Source of the DNA: Azolla caroliniana
Lineage: Eukaryota; Plantae; Polypodiophyta
NCBI GenBank assembly: GCA_043228905.1
Contig: JBHGNT010000002.1
Span: 13,826,001 to 13,890,000 of the forward strand
DNA length: 64,000 nucleotides
Reading direction: 5' to 3'
This document shows, one piece after another, positions 12,965-25,700 of the stretch. A program made the translations under genes and the position numbers. Position 1 is the stretch's first letter; the number at the start of each line of letters is the position of its first letter. The notes below the pieces were generated by a model. That model was not told where the DNA came from. It saw nothing but the letters and a program-made list of their open reading frames with translations, and did not search any database.

Positions 12965-15132
12965 CTGCGTTGTTCGCGATAGGACAGAAGGTCGAATTGG
13001 ATATCGATATGTGGCATAAGCAGTTCGGTCACGTTAACTTCCCACCGCTTTATGAAATGCAGATGAAGAATATTGTTTTCAGTTGTCGAAATTTCGTGGC
13101 TGTAATGGCCATGTCTGTGAAGCTTGCCAACTAGGGAAGTAGCACCGACTTCCGTTCCCAAACGAGCGTAATTGGAGTCGAAATCCGCTCGACTTAATCC
13201 ATTCAGATGTATGGGGACAAGCACAAAACGTGAGTAGTCTCGGTGGTAGCCGTTACTTCGTAACCTTCATCGATGACTTCACTCGGCATACCTGGGCATG
13301 TACGATCACAATGAAGAGGGAAGTCTTCGCATTGTTCCCAAAGGTAAAGAACCTTTTAGAAAGGGAAATAGGGCATAAGATCAAATGCCTACGGTCCGAT
13401 GGCGGGAAGGAGTACTTCTCTGACCAGTTCACAAGTTATCTATAGAAGAAAGGAATTCGACGCGAATTCTTGTGTAGATACACGCCGCAACAGAACGACG
13501 TGGCCAAATGGAAGAATCAGACAATCGAAGAAGCCGCCAGGGCAATGCTTGAAGAGAAGCATATGCCGAAGTTTTACTGGGTTGAAGCTGTGAGGACGGT
13601 TGTCTACTTGCAAAATCGGACTTCTCCTAATGGAGGAGTGTCGCCACATGAGTTGTACTTCGGAAAGAAGCCGAACATGGCACACTTGAGGATTTTTGGC
13701 AGCATTGTGTACGTGCATGTGCCGAAGGAGAAACAGGGGAAGTTGGACGCCAAAGTCGAAAAGTGCATCTTAGTCGGCTATTCAAACGAACAAAAGGGGT
13801 ATAAGTGCTATAACTGTCGAACGAAGGAAGTTCGCATCAGCCGGGTCCGCTTCGTGGTACTTGCCTTCACCTCCAATACCTCATGACTCCATTCCGAATT
13901 CTGAAGAAGAGGTCAGTGAGGCTGAAATACCTTCGCGTGATGAGGAAATCAGAGCTCTGACAGAGAGTCCGATCTCATTTCGGCGAAGCGGGCCAAATGA
14001 GGGGTTGAGCTGATATGGCCAACCAAATGAAGAGTCGGCGATAGTGGAGACTCAGCCGTGTTGTCTCCGCATAAAGAAAAAGGGAAGAAGAAAATGTTGG
14101 AATACTATTTCGGCAGTGTCGAGTCAGATCAGAGAGAATCTGACTTCGGGCCAATTGCGAAGGAACCCTCGGGGAAAAGGTCGAAATCGACCGAAAAGGT
14201 CATGAAATCAGGTAATCACGAATTACGCCGATCTACCTGTCTGAAGAACTTCGTATAGAGATATGGGTATAATGAGTACATGGTGCATCATTATGCGTAC
14301 ATGACGCGCGTGACGGAAGTGCATGAGCCGGAGAGCTACGCAAAAGCAGCGGAGAACATGAATTGGCGTGCCACGATGGAGGAAGAGATGCGTGCCTTAA
14401 CGGACAACGAGACTTGGGACATGGTTGACGTACAGAAGGGTGTAAAGCCAATCAGATGTATATGGGTGTATAAGGTGAAGTACAACACCGACGGCTCCGT
14501 CAATCGATATAAGGCATGTTTGGTTGCGAAAGGCTACGCGCAGAAGCACGACGTCAATTACGACGAGACCTTCGCGCCTATCGCGAAGATGACTACCGTG
14601 TGTGTCTTGCTAGTCGTAGCAGCGGCGAAGGGGTGGCACTTACATCAGATGAATATGAAAAATGTGTTCCTGCATGGCGATCTTGAGGAACAGGTGTACA
14701 TGGTACAACCCCAAGAATTTCTATCCGAGCAGAACACTTCAGTAGTTTGCCGATTGAAGAAGGCGTTATATGAACTTAAGCAAGCCCCGCGAAGATTACG
14801 CAACGATTGCGTAGATTGGGGTTTACGACGTCTAGATCAGACTCTTCGTTGTTCGTTCGGCAAGGTTGACATGAACCGGTTTGTCTTTTACTTTATGTTG
14901 ATGATTTAGTCATCACCGGTGCTGACCTGGAAGAAATCGGTCGTGGCAAGTCTCAACTCGCGGCATCTTTCGAAATGAAGGATCTTAGAGACCTTCATTA
15001 CTTCCTCAGGATCGAAGTGATCCGTTCCCCCGTAAGCATATTGATAAGTCAGTGTCATTACGTGCTGAATATGCTCTTCAACTTCAGGATGGCAGATTGT
15101 AAGCCCATCTCGACCCCTCTGGATAGAAATGT

Positions 15133-16196
15133 TGTCATGAAGTACGAAAGCTTCACATTAAAAGTCTACAATAAGATAAATACGTAACTAAAATAACATT
15201 TGATAATGTTTTATATATAAAGATAATATTAACAACACATATGATAATATTATATATATATATGTAAAGAAAAATAATATATATATATATATAGATAGAT
15301 AAATATATTATATTACACGAACAAGAGAGGACTTGAACCAATAACCCCACCCTATGACTTTCACATCTTACCATTTACTCTATACTAATAGTAATAATAT
15401 ATATAAAATAAAGGATTTGCTTCATGATATAAAAATGACATTACATGTTGTAAATTCAATAATATTTGAGAGACTCGAACCCACAACCTCATATACCAAA
15501 GTCAACACACCTACCATTATTTCATGTTTATTCTTATGCCATATATTTTTTCATACATGAAAGCTCAAATGAGCGAGATGCCTATCATGCATCACATGTA
15601 ATGCATGAACGCCAAATGGCGATCATGCATCACATGCATTTCATGCACTACATGCATGACTTGTACCCTCCAATGCATCATATGCATGGGGGCACCTATT
15701 TAAATGGTGAAAGAGAAGATGAAAGGGGAAGAAGTATGAGATATCAATCAAATATATATTACATAAGAGATACCATAAAATAGAGAAAGAAAAGAAGAAG
15801 TTCAACATAAAGGTGGAGCTCTAGCTTGGCGATCGTGGTGGTCAACTCTCAACAAGGGGGAGGCGGTTCGAGCCTTATCTTCATCAAAATATTGAAGTGA
15901 AGATTGTTGTGGCCTACTATCAAGAAAGAGAAGAGCGATTATCTTGTGAGACCAAGTTCGAGGGATCAACGACACTTACAACCACTTTTGTAACTCTTTC
16001 ATCAAAAAAATTATAAATCTCTTTTATTCCTTCAAATATCATTCAATATCCTATCTTGTCATATCTTGTTGATCTCTATTTACTTTATCTCTACTCTTTC
16101 ATCTCTTCCATCCATAATACCAGTGATTCCTTCCTCACTTTCACGATATCTATTGTCTACGCAACTCTACGCTACTAGGCGAGCCATGCCACGACA
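15133..16196 (+). repeat. Solo LTR (1064 bp) of a tRNA-Trp-type gypsy family
   Basis: Termini TGTCATG...CACGACA with a 4-bp TSD (ATGT/ACGT). No internal coding region. TATA-like CCTATTTAAA at ~15695. Confidence 0.8.
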
Positions 16197-16723
16197 ACGT
16201 AAAGCTTCGCCGAGATTCGGGAAAGGCGTGCAACCCGACACGGTTTCGACAGATTGTTGGAAGCCTTGAATCTACTTGACAATCACTCGGCCAATCCTCA
16301 GCTATCCAGTCGGAATGATCAGTTAATATATGTCGAAGTCCACGACCGTACACCTTCAGTGCGCACAAAGGATATTACGATATGTCCGCGGCACGAAAGA
16401 CATGGCATTGTTTTATCTTGCCAAACAATTAGTTGGGTACACGGATATTGATTGGGCAGGACATGCCCAGGATCGTAGATCCACATCCGGATACGCATTC
16501 TCATTGGGAAGTGTGGCGATCTTGTGGAGCAGTAAGAAGCAGCCAACAGTGGCATTGTCGAGCACGGAGGCCAAATATCAAGGGGCGACTGTCGCTTTGT
16601 GCAAAGTCATTTGGCTGAAACGGCTATTACGGGATCTGTATATGGTGTTGTCTGATCCGACGATGATCTTTTGCGACAACCTCAACAACATCCACCTTGC
16701 GAAGAACCCTGTATTCCATGCCC

Positions 16724-17360
16724 TGTTCGGATTTCGGTCCCTCCGGATGGGATGTCCGGAGATGAATGACGGCAAGCCCGGTTGCGGTTACGGAACCAGA
16801 GGATGAAGAGTACCCGGCATGAAGCCGGATGAAGAGTACCCGGCTACGGAGCCGGATGATGAAGACCCCGGCTACGGAGCCGGATGACGAATGTACCCGG
16901 AGAGAGATCCGGATGCGGGGACATATTTGTGAATATGTTTGCCAAGGGCCCTTGAGGCTATATTTGTAAATAGCCCGAAAGTCATATGTGTATAAATATG
17001 ACTTAGGGCAAACAGTTTACTGTCTGTTACTCATTTTTCTGGTTTTCCACTTAGAGGGAGCTAAGTGAGCAGCCGAGAGAGAGAGAGAGAGAGAGACGAA
17101 GAGGTCGTTGCCTCTGTGTATTACCGCCGCCTGTGGCGAAGACAGTGAGCTCAAGGTTGTTGCCTTGTAGCTTCACCATTGTACATCTCTGTTTATAGTG
17201 ATAGTTGGAGTTTGAGGACTCCCGTGGTTTTTCCCATTTAGGGTTTTCCACGTAAAACATCCTGTGTACTCTTCTCTCTATTGTCTTCGTGCATTTTGTA
17301 TTTCCTGTTTTCTGTGAGTTGATCCTATTCCTCGGTAGTGGCCGAGCACTGTGTTTAACA
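16724..17360 (+). repeat. 5' LTR of D1 (637 bp)
   Basis: TG...CA termini. Near-identical to 27161-27805 except (GA)11 versus (GA)15 and a few substitutions. Confidence 0.97.
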
Positions 17361-17989
17361 AAGTGGTATCAGAGCGACGGTAACACAGAAAATGGAAGGC
17401 GGCGGTAGTGGGCCTCCGGGCATGATGGTGTTGAACTCACAGAACTACGTCGACTGGAAGATAAAGATGGAAGACCTTCTCATCGTCCGAGACCTGTACG
17501 AACCGATCGACAATGCCGAGATACCCAAGGGGGTAATAGAGTCGGAGTGGAAGCTCCTGAACCGGAAAGCCGTAGCGACGATCCGGCAATATGTCGATGT
17601 AAGTGTTCTGCAACATGTGGCGAACGATACAAACGCCTATGAGATGTGGCAGAAGCTGTCCGGACTGTATGAGAGGAAGAATGCTCTGACCCGGACCTCC
17701 CTGATGAGGAAGATAGTGAATCTTAAGTACCGGGACGGCGAGAGCATGGTCGAACACGTCAGCACGTTCATGGGATTCGTGAACCAGCTTGCGGCGATCA
17801 AGTTCCCGTTGGATGACGCAATGCAAGCCATCATGCTGATGTGTACCCTTCCGGAGAGCTGGGACAACTTGGTAGTGTTGGGATTTCGGTCCCTCCGGAT
17901 GGGATGTCCGGAGATGAATGACGGCAAGCCCGGAAGCTATTACGGAACCGTATGATGAAGAGTGCCCGGCATGAAGCCGGATGAAGGGT

Positions 17990-18215
17990 ACCCGGTTACG
18001 GAGCCGGATGCTGAAGACCCCGGTTACGGAGCCGGATGCTGAAGACCCCGGTTACGGAGCCGGATGCTGAAGACCCCGGTTACGGAGCCGGATGACGAAG
18101 ACCCCGGCTACGGAGCCGGATGATGAATACCCCGGCTACGGAGCCGGATGATGAATACCCCGGCTACGGAGCCGGATGATGAATACCCCGGCTACGGAGC
18201 CGGATGACGAATGTA
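17990..18215 (+). repeat. 28-bp tandem array in the U3 of the D2 5' LTR (8 units)
   Basis: Unit is roughly CCCGGYTACGGAGCCGGATGMYGAAKAC. There are 6 units in the D2 3' LTR and 2 in each D1 LTR. Confidence 0.9.
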
Positions 18216-18716
18216 CCCGGAGAGAGATCCGGATGCGGGGACATGTTTGTGAATATGTTTTGCCAAGAGCCCTTGAGGCTATATTTGTAAATAGCCCGAA
18301 AGTCATATGTGTATAAATATGACTTAGGGCAAACAGTTTTACTGTTGTTGCTCATTTTTCTTGTTCTTCACTTAGAGAGAGTGAAGAGAGCAGCCGAGAG
18401 AGAGAGAGAGAGAGAGAGAGACGAAGAGGTCGTTGCCTCTGTGTATTGCCGCCGCCTGTGGCGAAGACAGTGAGCTCAAGGTTGTTGCCTTGTAGCTTCA
18501 CCATTGTATATCTCTGTGTATAGTGTGAGTTGGAGTTTGAGGACTCCCGTGGTTTTTCCCATTTAGGGTTTTCCACGAAAAACATACTGTGTACTCTTCT
18601 CTCTATTGTCTTGGAGCATTTCGTACTTCCTATTTTCTGTGAGTTGATCCTATCCCTCGGTTGTGGCCGAGCGCTGTTTCTCAACAAAGTGGTATCAGAG
18701 CACGGTAACACAGAAA

Positions 18717-21700
18717 ATGGAAGGCGGCAGCAGCGGGCAGCCGGGAATGATGGTGCTGAATGCGCAGAACTACGCCGACTGGAAGATCAAGATGGAGGAT
18801 CTTTTGATTGTTCGGGACCTGTACGAACCGATTGACAGGTCGGAAATACCGAAGGGGGTACTTGAGACGGAATGGAGGCTTCTGAACCGGAAAGCCGTTG
18901 CAACCATTCGGCAATACGTCGATGTAAGCGTTCTACAACACGTGGCGAACGACACCAACGCATATGAGATGTGGAGGAAGCTGTCGGGCCTCTACGAGAG
19001 GAAGAATGCGTTGAACCGGACCTCCCTGATGAGAAAGATAGTGAACCTCAAGTACCGGGACGGCGAGAGTATGGTGGAACACGTAAGCACGTTCATGGGA
19101 TTCGTGAACCAGCTTGCGGCGATCAAGTTCCCGTTGGAGGATGCAATGCAAGCCATCATCCTGATGTGTACATTGCCGGACAGCTGGGAGAACTTGGTGG
19201 TGACTCTCAGCACCTCCTGCACCGAAGATAACTTGTCTCTACAAACGGTAAAGACAAGTATTCTAAATGAAGAAGCGCGTCGGAGAGATAAAGAACCGGT
19301 CTCCGACTCGAAGGCGCTGCTTACCGAATCGGAACGGGGAAGACAATGGAACCGGAGTCCGCAAAGACGGGAGAAGTCGGGGACCCGGTCGCAGTCAAGA
19401 GGAAGACCCACATGCTTCCACTGTGGGAAGCCGGGGCACTTCCGGAAGAATTGTCGGCATTACCGAAAGGACAACGGGGCCGACGACACCGATTCGAAGA
19501 AGTCACCGGAGCGAAACGGTGCGTACCGGGGAGCCATGGACCGGAGATGTCCGGATCGGCGAGGGCAGGACCGGAAAGGAACGACGGCACTCGCGGCAAG
19601 TGAAGAAGAGATAATGCTCATTACCGAAGAGACGGAGCTGAACCTTGCCGGTGAGGAGATGACCTGGGTGGTCGATTCCGGAGCGTCGTTCCACCTGACC
19701 CCGGAGAAGAAATACTTCTCATCCTACACAGCCGGTGAGCACGGCTGTGTCCGGATGGGAAATGAAGGTACATGCCGGATTGCCGGCATAGGAGACGTGT
19801 GGTTGATGACATCAACCGGATGCAAGATGCTGCTGAAGGATGTCCGACACGTTCCGGAGGTTCGATTGAACCTGATTTCGGCCGGGAGGCTAGACGATGA
19901 AGGCTACACGGGTAGCATCCGGAACGGTGTCATGAAGTTCAGCAAAGGGAGCCTGATAGTGGCTCGTGCCCGGAAGATCAACACGCTGTACCTGATGAAT
20001 TCCCGGCTATGTCCGGAAGAGCTGAACGTGGCAGCCGACACAGCCGGTGAGCTGTGGCACAAAAGACTGTGCCACATGAGTGAGAAGGGGATGAAGAGGC
20101 TTGCAGAAGACAACCTCATTCCAGTGAAGCATGTGCACCTGGAGAAGTGCACCGATTGCCTGGCCGGTAAACAGAACCGAACCTCCTTCCACTCAAGGCC
20201 ACCGACGAGACGTAGTGCACCATTGGAGTTGGTGCACACTGATGTGTGTCAGGTAGAAACGAAGTCACATGGCGGAGCCCAGTACTTCGTAACATTCATA
20301 GATGACCACAGCCGGAAGCTGTGGACGGCACCGCTGAAGACAAAGGACCAAGTATTGTCCGTCTTCAAAGAACTTCACGCGAGAGTGGAAAGAGAATCCG
20401 GCAAGAAGCTGAAAGCGATACGAGCGGATAACGGAGGGGAATACCGGGGGCAGTTCGCAGAGTACTGTCGCTCGAAGGGAATCCGGCTCGAGTTTACTGT
20501 GCCGAAGACGCCGGAACTGAACGGGCTGGCCGAGAGGATGAACCGGACCATAATGGAGAGAGTCCGGAGTATGCTGGCGCATGCGAAATTACCCAAGGGG
20601 TTTTGGGCTGAGGCAATGTCGACGGCGACATACGTGATAAACAGATCACCCTCAGTACCTTTGGACGGAGACACGCCGCAGAAAGTGTGGACCGGTAAGG
20701 AAGTGTCCTACCGGCATCTGAAGGTGTTCGGGTGTCTCGTTTACGTGCATGTGGCAAAGGACCGGAGAGGAAAGCTAGATCCAAAGACCCGGCCATGCAT
20801 ATTCCTCGGTTACGGCGACGACGAGTTCGGCTACCGAGTATGGGACCCGGTCGACAAGAAGATATTCAGGAGTCGAGACATCATCTTCATGGAGGACAAG
20901 ACACTCGCCGACTTGGAGTCGGAGAAGAAGATAAAGAGCTCAAAGTCGACCGGTGAGGATCAACTCTACGAGGAGCAGTCCCGACCGGTAAGGGACCGGT
21001 TAACACTCGAGGATCCGGCCGAAGACGGTGAAGAAATAGAACCGGCCGAAGAAGATGAAAATGATACCGGAACCGGCCCCGATCCCGAAATGGATTCGGA
21101 TGAAGAAGAATCGGAAGAACCTGTCACCGAAGCCCCGGAACGGAGATATCCGCTAAGGGAGAGAAGGGCCCCCCGGAGATTTCCGGAACCAGAGCACGTG
21201 CTGCTAACCGACGAGGGGGAGCCGGAGAGCTTTGAAGAAGCAAAGTTTGACAACCATAGCCGCAGGTGGTTAAGTGCCATGCAGGAGGAGATGGATTCCC
21301 TGCATGAGAACCACACATATGAACTTGTGGAGTTGCCGAAAGGTAAGCGGGCACTTCGAAACAAGTGGGTGTTCAAGCTGAAACCAGGAGATGCCGGAAA
21401 CCCCCCGAGATACAAAGCCAGGATCGTAGTGAAGGGGTTCCAGCAGAAGAAGGGCGTCGACTTCGACGAGATATTTGCCCCGGTAGTGAAGATGACCTCC
21501 ATCCGGACGGTGCTGAGCATAGCGGCAAGCATGGACCTCGAGGTTGAACAGTTGGACGTGAAGACGGCATTCCTTCACGGTAACCTCGAAGAAGAGATCT
21601 ACATGCAGCAACCGGAAGGATTCGAGAAGAAAGGGAAGGAGCACCTGGTATGCCGGTTGAAGAAGAGCCTTTACGGACTGAAGCAGGCTCCCCGGCAATG

Positions 21701-22790
21701 GTACCGGAAGTTCGACTCCTTCATGACCGACGAAGGGTACCACAAAACGCAGTCTGATCACTGCGTGTTTGTGAAGAAGTTCGAAGGAGGAGACTCTCTG
21801 ATACTCCTCCTGTACGTGGACGATATGTTGATCGTCGGACGGGACCAGGTCAAGATAAGGATGCTGAAGAAGGCTCTTCACCGAACCTTCTCAATGAAGG
21901 ACCTGGGTCCGGCGAGGCAAATACTAGGGATGCACATCATCCGGGACCGGAAGAAGAAGCAGTTGTGGCTGTCACAGGAGAAGTACGTGACAAAGGTGCT
22001 TCACCGGTTCAACATGTCGGAAGCAAGACCGGTCGGGTCAACCCTCCCGGCAAATTGCAAGTTGTCCAGCAAGCAAAGCCCCAAGCCAAAGGCTGAGAAG
22101 GAGGACATGATGAAAGTACCATATGCCTCTGCCGTCGGGAGCTTGATGTACGCAATGGTGTGTACAAGACCGGACATAGGATATGCAGTTGGAGTGGTGA
22201 GTCGGTACATGAGCAATCCCGGCAAAGAGCACTGGAACGCGGTCAAGTGGATACTCCGATACCTGAAGGGCACGGCAAACGTGTGCCTCCGATTCGGCTC
22301 CGGTAAGCCCGAACTCGACGGCTTCACCGATTCGGATATGTCGGCTGATGCAGATACCAGCCGGTCCACATCAGGGTATGTGATGACGTATGCAGGTGGA
22401 GCTGTTTCGTGGCAGTCGAGGCTGCAGAAGACGGTTGCGCTGTCAACCACGGAGGCGGAGTACATGGCGGCTGTTGAAGCCGGCAAGGAAATAATATGGA
22501 TGAAGGACTTCATTAGAGAGCTCGGTATCCGGCAGGAGGAGTACTGACTCTACTGCGACAGTCAGAGTGCCATCCACCTTGCGAAGAACGCGGCCTACCA
22601 TTCCCGGACGAAACACATCCAGCGTAGATACCACTGGATCCGGGAAAGGATCGAAGACCAGGAGTTCGTGCTGACGAAGATCCACACGGACGAGAACGGG
22701 TCGGATATGCTGACCAAAGTGCTCACACCCGACAAGCTGGAAGCATGCCGGAAGAGGATCGGGTTGGAGAGACATCCCATGCCGAAGTGA
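18717..22790 (+). CDS. D2 gag-PR-INT-RT-RH polyprotein (~1357 aa) with one CGA>TGA nonsense at 22545
   Basis: Motifs: CFHCGKPGHFRKNC knuckle, WVVDSGASFH, integrase DDE core, LYVDDML and TDSD. The frame continues past 22547 to 22790, as in D1. Confidence 0.95.
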
Positions 22791-25700
22791 AGGGGGAGTT
22801 TGTTGGGATTTCGGTCCCTTCGGATGGGATGTCCGGAGATGAATGACGGCAAGCCCGGAAGCTATTACGGAACCGTATGATGAAGAGTGCCCGGCATGAA
22901 GCCGGATGAAGGGTACCCGGTTACGGAGCCGGATGCTGAAGACCCCGGTTACGGAGCCGGATGCTGAAGACCCCGGTTACGGAGCCGGATGACGAAGACC
23001 CCGGCTACGGAGCCGGATGATGAATACCCCGGCTACGGAGCCGGATGATGAATACCCCGGCTACGGAGCCGGATGACGAATGTACCCGGAGAGAGATCCG
23101 GATGCGGGGACATGTTTGTGAATATGTTTTGCCAAGAGCCCTTGAGGCTATATTTGTAAATAGCCCGAAAGTCATATGTGTATAAATATGACTTAGGGCA
23201 AACAGTTTTACTGTTGTTGCTCATTTTTCTTGTTCTTCACTTAGAGAGAGTGAAGAGAGCAGCCGAGAGAGAGAGAGAGAGAGAGAGAGACGAAGAGGTC
23301 GTTGCCTCTGTGTATTGCCGCCGCCTGTGGCGAAGACAGTGAGCTCAAGGTTGTTGCCTTGTAGCTTCACCATTGTATATCTCTGTGTATAGTGTGAGTT
23401 GGAGTTTGAGGACTCCCGTGGTTTTTCCCATTTAGGGTTTTCCACGAAAAACATACTGTGTACTCTTCTCTCTATTGTCTTGGAGCATTTCGTACTTCCT
23501 ATTTTCTGTGAGTTGATCCTATCCCTCGGTTGTGGCCGAGCGCTGTTTCTCAACAGGTAGTTACCCTCAGCACCTCATGTAAGGAAGAGAACTTGTCTTT
23601 ACTAACGGTAAAGACAAGTATTCTAAATGAAGAAGCGCATCGGAGAGATAAAGAACCGGCCTCCGACTCGAAGGCGCTGCTTACCGAATCGGAACGGGGA
23701 AGACAACGGAACCGGAGTTCGCAAAGACGGGAGAAGTCGGGGACACGGTCGCAGTCGAAGGGAAGACCTACATGCTTCTACTGTGGGAAGCCGGGACACT
23801 TCCAGAAGAACTGTCGACATTTCCGGAAAGACAACGGAACCGACGGTACCGATTCGAAGAAGTCACCGGAGCGAAACGGTGCATACCGGGGAGCCACGGA
23901 CCGGAGAGGTCCGGATCGGCGAGGGCAGGACCGGAAAGGAACGACGGCACTCGCGGCAAGTGAAGAAGAGATAATGCTCATTACCGAAGAGAGGGAGCTG
24001 AACCTTGCCGGTGAAGAGATGACCTGGGTGGTCGATTCCGGAGCGTCGTTCCACCTGACCCCGGAGAAGAAATACTTCTCATCCTACACAGCCGGTGAGC
24101 TCGGCTGTGTCCGGATGGGAAATGAAGGTACATGCCGGATTTCCGGCATAGGAGACGTGTGGCTGATGACATCAACCGGATGCAAGATGCTGTTGAAGGA
24201 TGTCCGACACGTTCCGGAGGTTCGATTGAACCTGATTTCGGCCGGGAGGCTAGACGATGAAGGCTAGACGGGTAGCATCCGGAACGGTGTCATGAAGTTC
24301 AGCAAAGGGATCCTGATAGTGGCTCGGGCCCGGAAGGTCAACACACTGTACCTGATGAATTCCCGGCTATGTCCGGAGGAGCTGAACGTGGCAGCTGACA
24401 CTGCCGGTGAGCTGTGGCACAAGAGACTGTGCCACATGAGCGAGAAGGGGATGAAGAGGCTTGCCGAAGACAACCTGATACCGGTAAAGCACGTACACTT
24501 GGGGAAGTGTACCGACTGTCTGGCCGGTAAGCAAAACCGGACCTCCTTCCGCTCAAGACCACCGATGAGACGTAGTGTACCATTAGAGTTTGTACACACT
24601 GATGTGTGTCAGGTAGAAACGAAGTCACATGGCGGAGCCCAGTACTTCGTAACATTCATAGATGACCACAGCCGGAAGCTGTGGACGACACCGTTGAAGA
24701 CAAAGGACCAAGTATTGTCCGTCTTCAAAGAACTCTACGCGAGAGTGGAAAGAGAATCCGGCAAGAAGCTGAAAGCACTACGAGCGGATAACGGAGGAGA
24801 ATACCGAGGGCAATTTGAGGAGTATTGTCGCTCGAAGGGAATCCGGCTCGAGTTTACTGTGCCGAAGACGCCGGAACTGAACGGGCTGGCCGAGAGGATG
24901 AACCAGACCATAATGGAGAGGGTCCGGAGTATGCTGGCGCATGCGAAATTACCCAAGGGGTTTTGGGCTGAGGCAATGTCGACGGCGGCATACGTGATAA
25001 ACAGATCACCCTCAGTACCTTTGGACGGAGACATGCCGCAGAGAGTGTGGACCGGTAGGGAAGTATCCTACCGGCATCTGAAGGTGTTCGGGTGTCTCGC
25101 ATATGTGCATGTGGCAAAGGACCGGAGAGGAAAGCTAGATCCAAAGACCCGGCCATGCATATTCCTCGGTTACGGCGAGGACGAGTTCGGCTACCGAGTA
25201 TGGGACCCGGTCGACAAAAAGATATTCTGGAGTCGTGATATCATCTTCATGGAGGACAAAACACTCGCCGACTGGGAGTCGGAGAAGAAGATGAAGAGCT
25301 CCAAGTCGACCGGTGAGGATCAACTCTACGAGGAGCAGTCCCGACCGGCAAGGGACCGGTTAACACTCGAGGATCCGGCCGAAGACGGTGAAGAAACAGA
25401 ACCGGCCGAGGAAGATGAAACTGATACCGGAACCGGCCCCGATCCCGAAATGGATTCGGATGAAGAGGAAACGGAGGAGCCGGTTACTGAAGCTCCGGAA
25501 CGGAGATATCCTCTAAGAGAGAGAAGGGCTCCCCAGAGATTTCTGGAACCAGAGCACGTGCTGCTAACCGACGAGGGGGAGCCGGAGAGTTTTGAAGAAG
25601 CAAAGCTTGACACCCATAGCCGCAGGTGGTTAAGTGCCATGCAGGAGGAGATGGATTCCCTGCATGAGAACCACACATATGAACTTGTGGAGTTGCCGAA

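Larger units (their letters stand above)
17876..23555 (+). mobile_element. Full-length Tnt1/Tork-like copia element D2, nested in D1 gag
   Basis: LTRs 17876-18686 and 22801-23555, TSD GGTAG, PBS 18690-18701, PPT 22789-22798. Confidence 0.97.

Noticed and set aside
15466-15783. His/Met-rich ORF suggesting a metal-binding protein
   Set aside because: It is a by-product of the CATG array within a solo LTR.
17990-18215. 28-bp repeat array superficially resembling a CRISPR array
   Set aside because: Units are head-to-tail with no unique spacers, lie inside LTRs, and no cas genes are present.
18663-18716. N-terminal extension of the 1294-aa ORF
   Set aside because: It starts inside the LTR/PBS. 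The real start is ATG 18717, matching D1 ATG 17392.
20966-21881. Long antisense ORFs opposite copia pol, and similar ones opposite gypsy pol
   Set aside because: They are shadows of codon bias in GC-rich coding sequence and contain no domain motifs.
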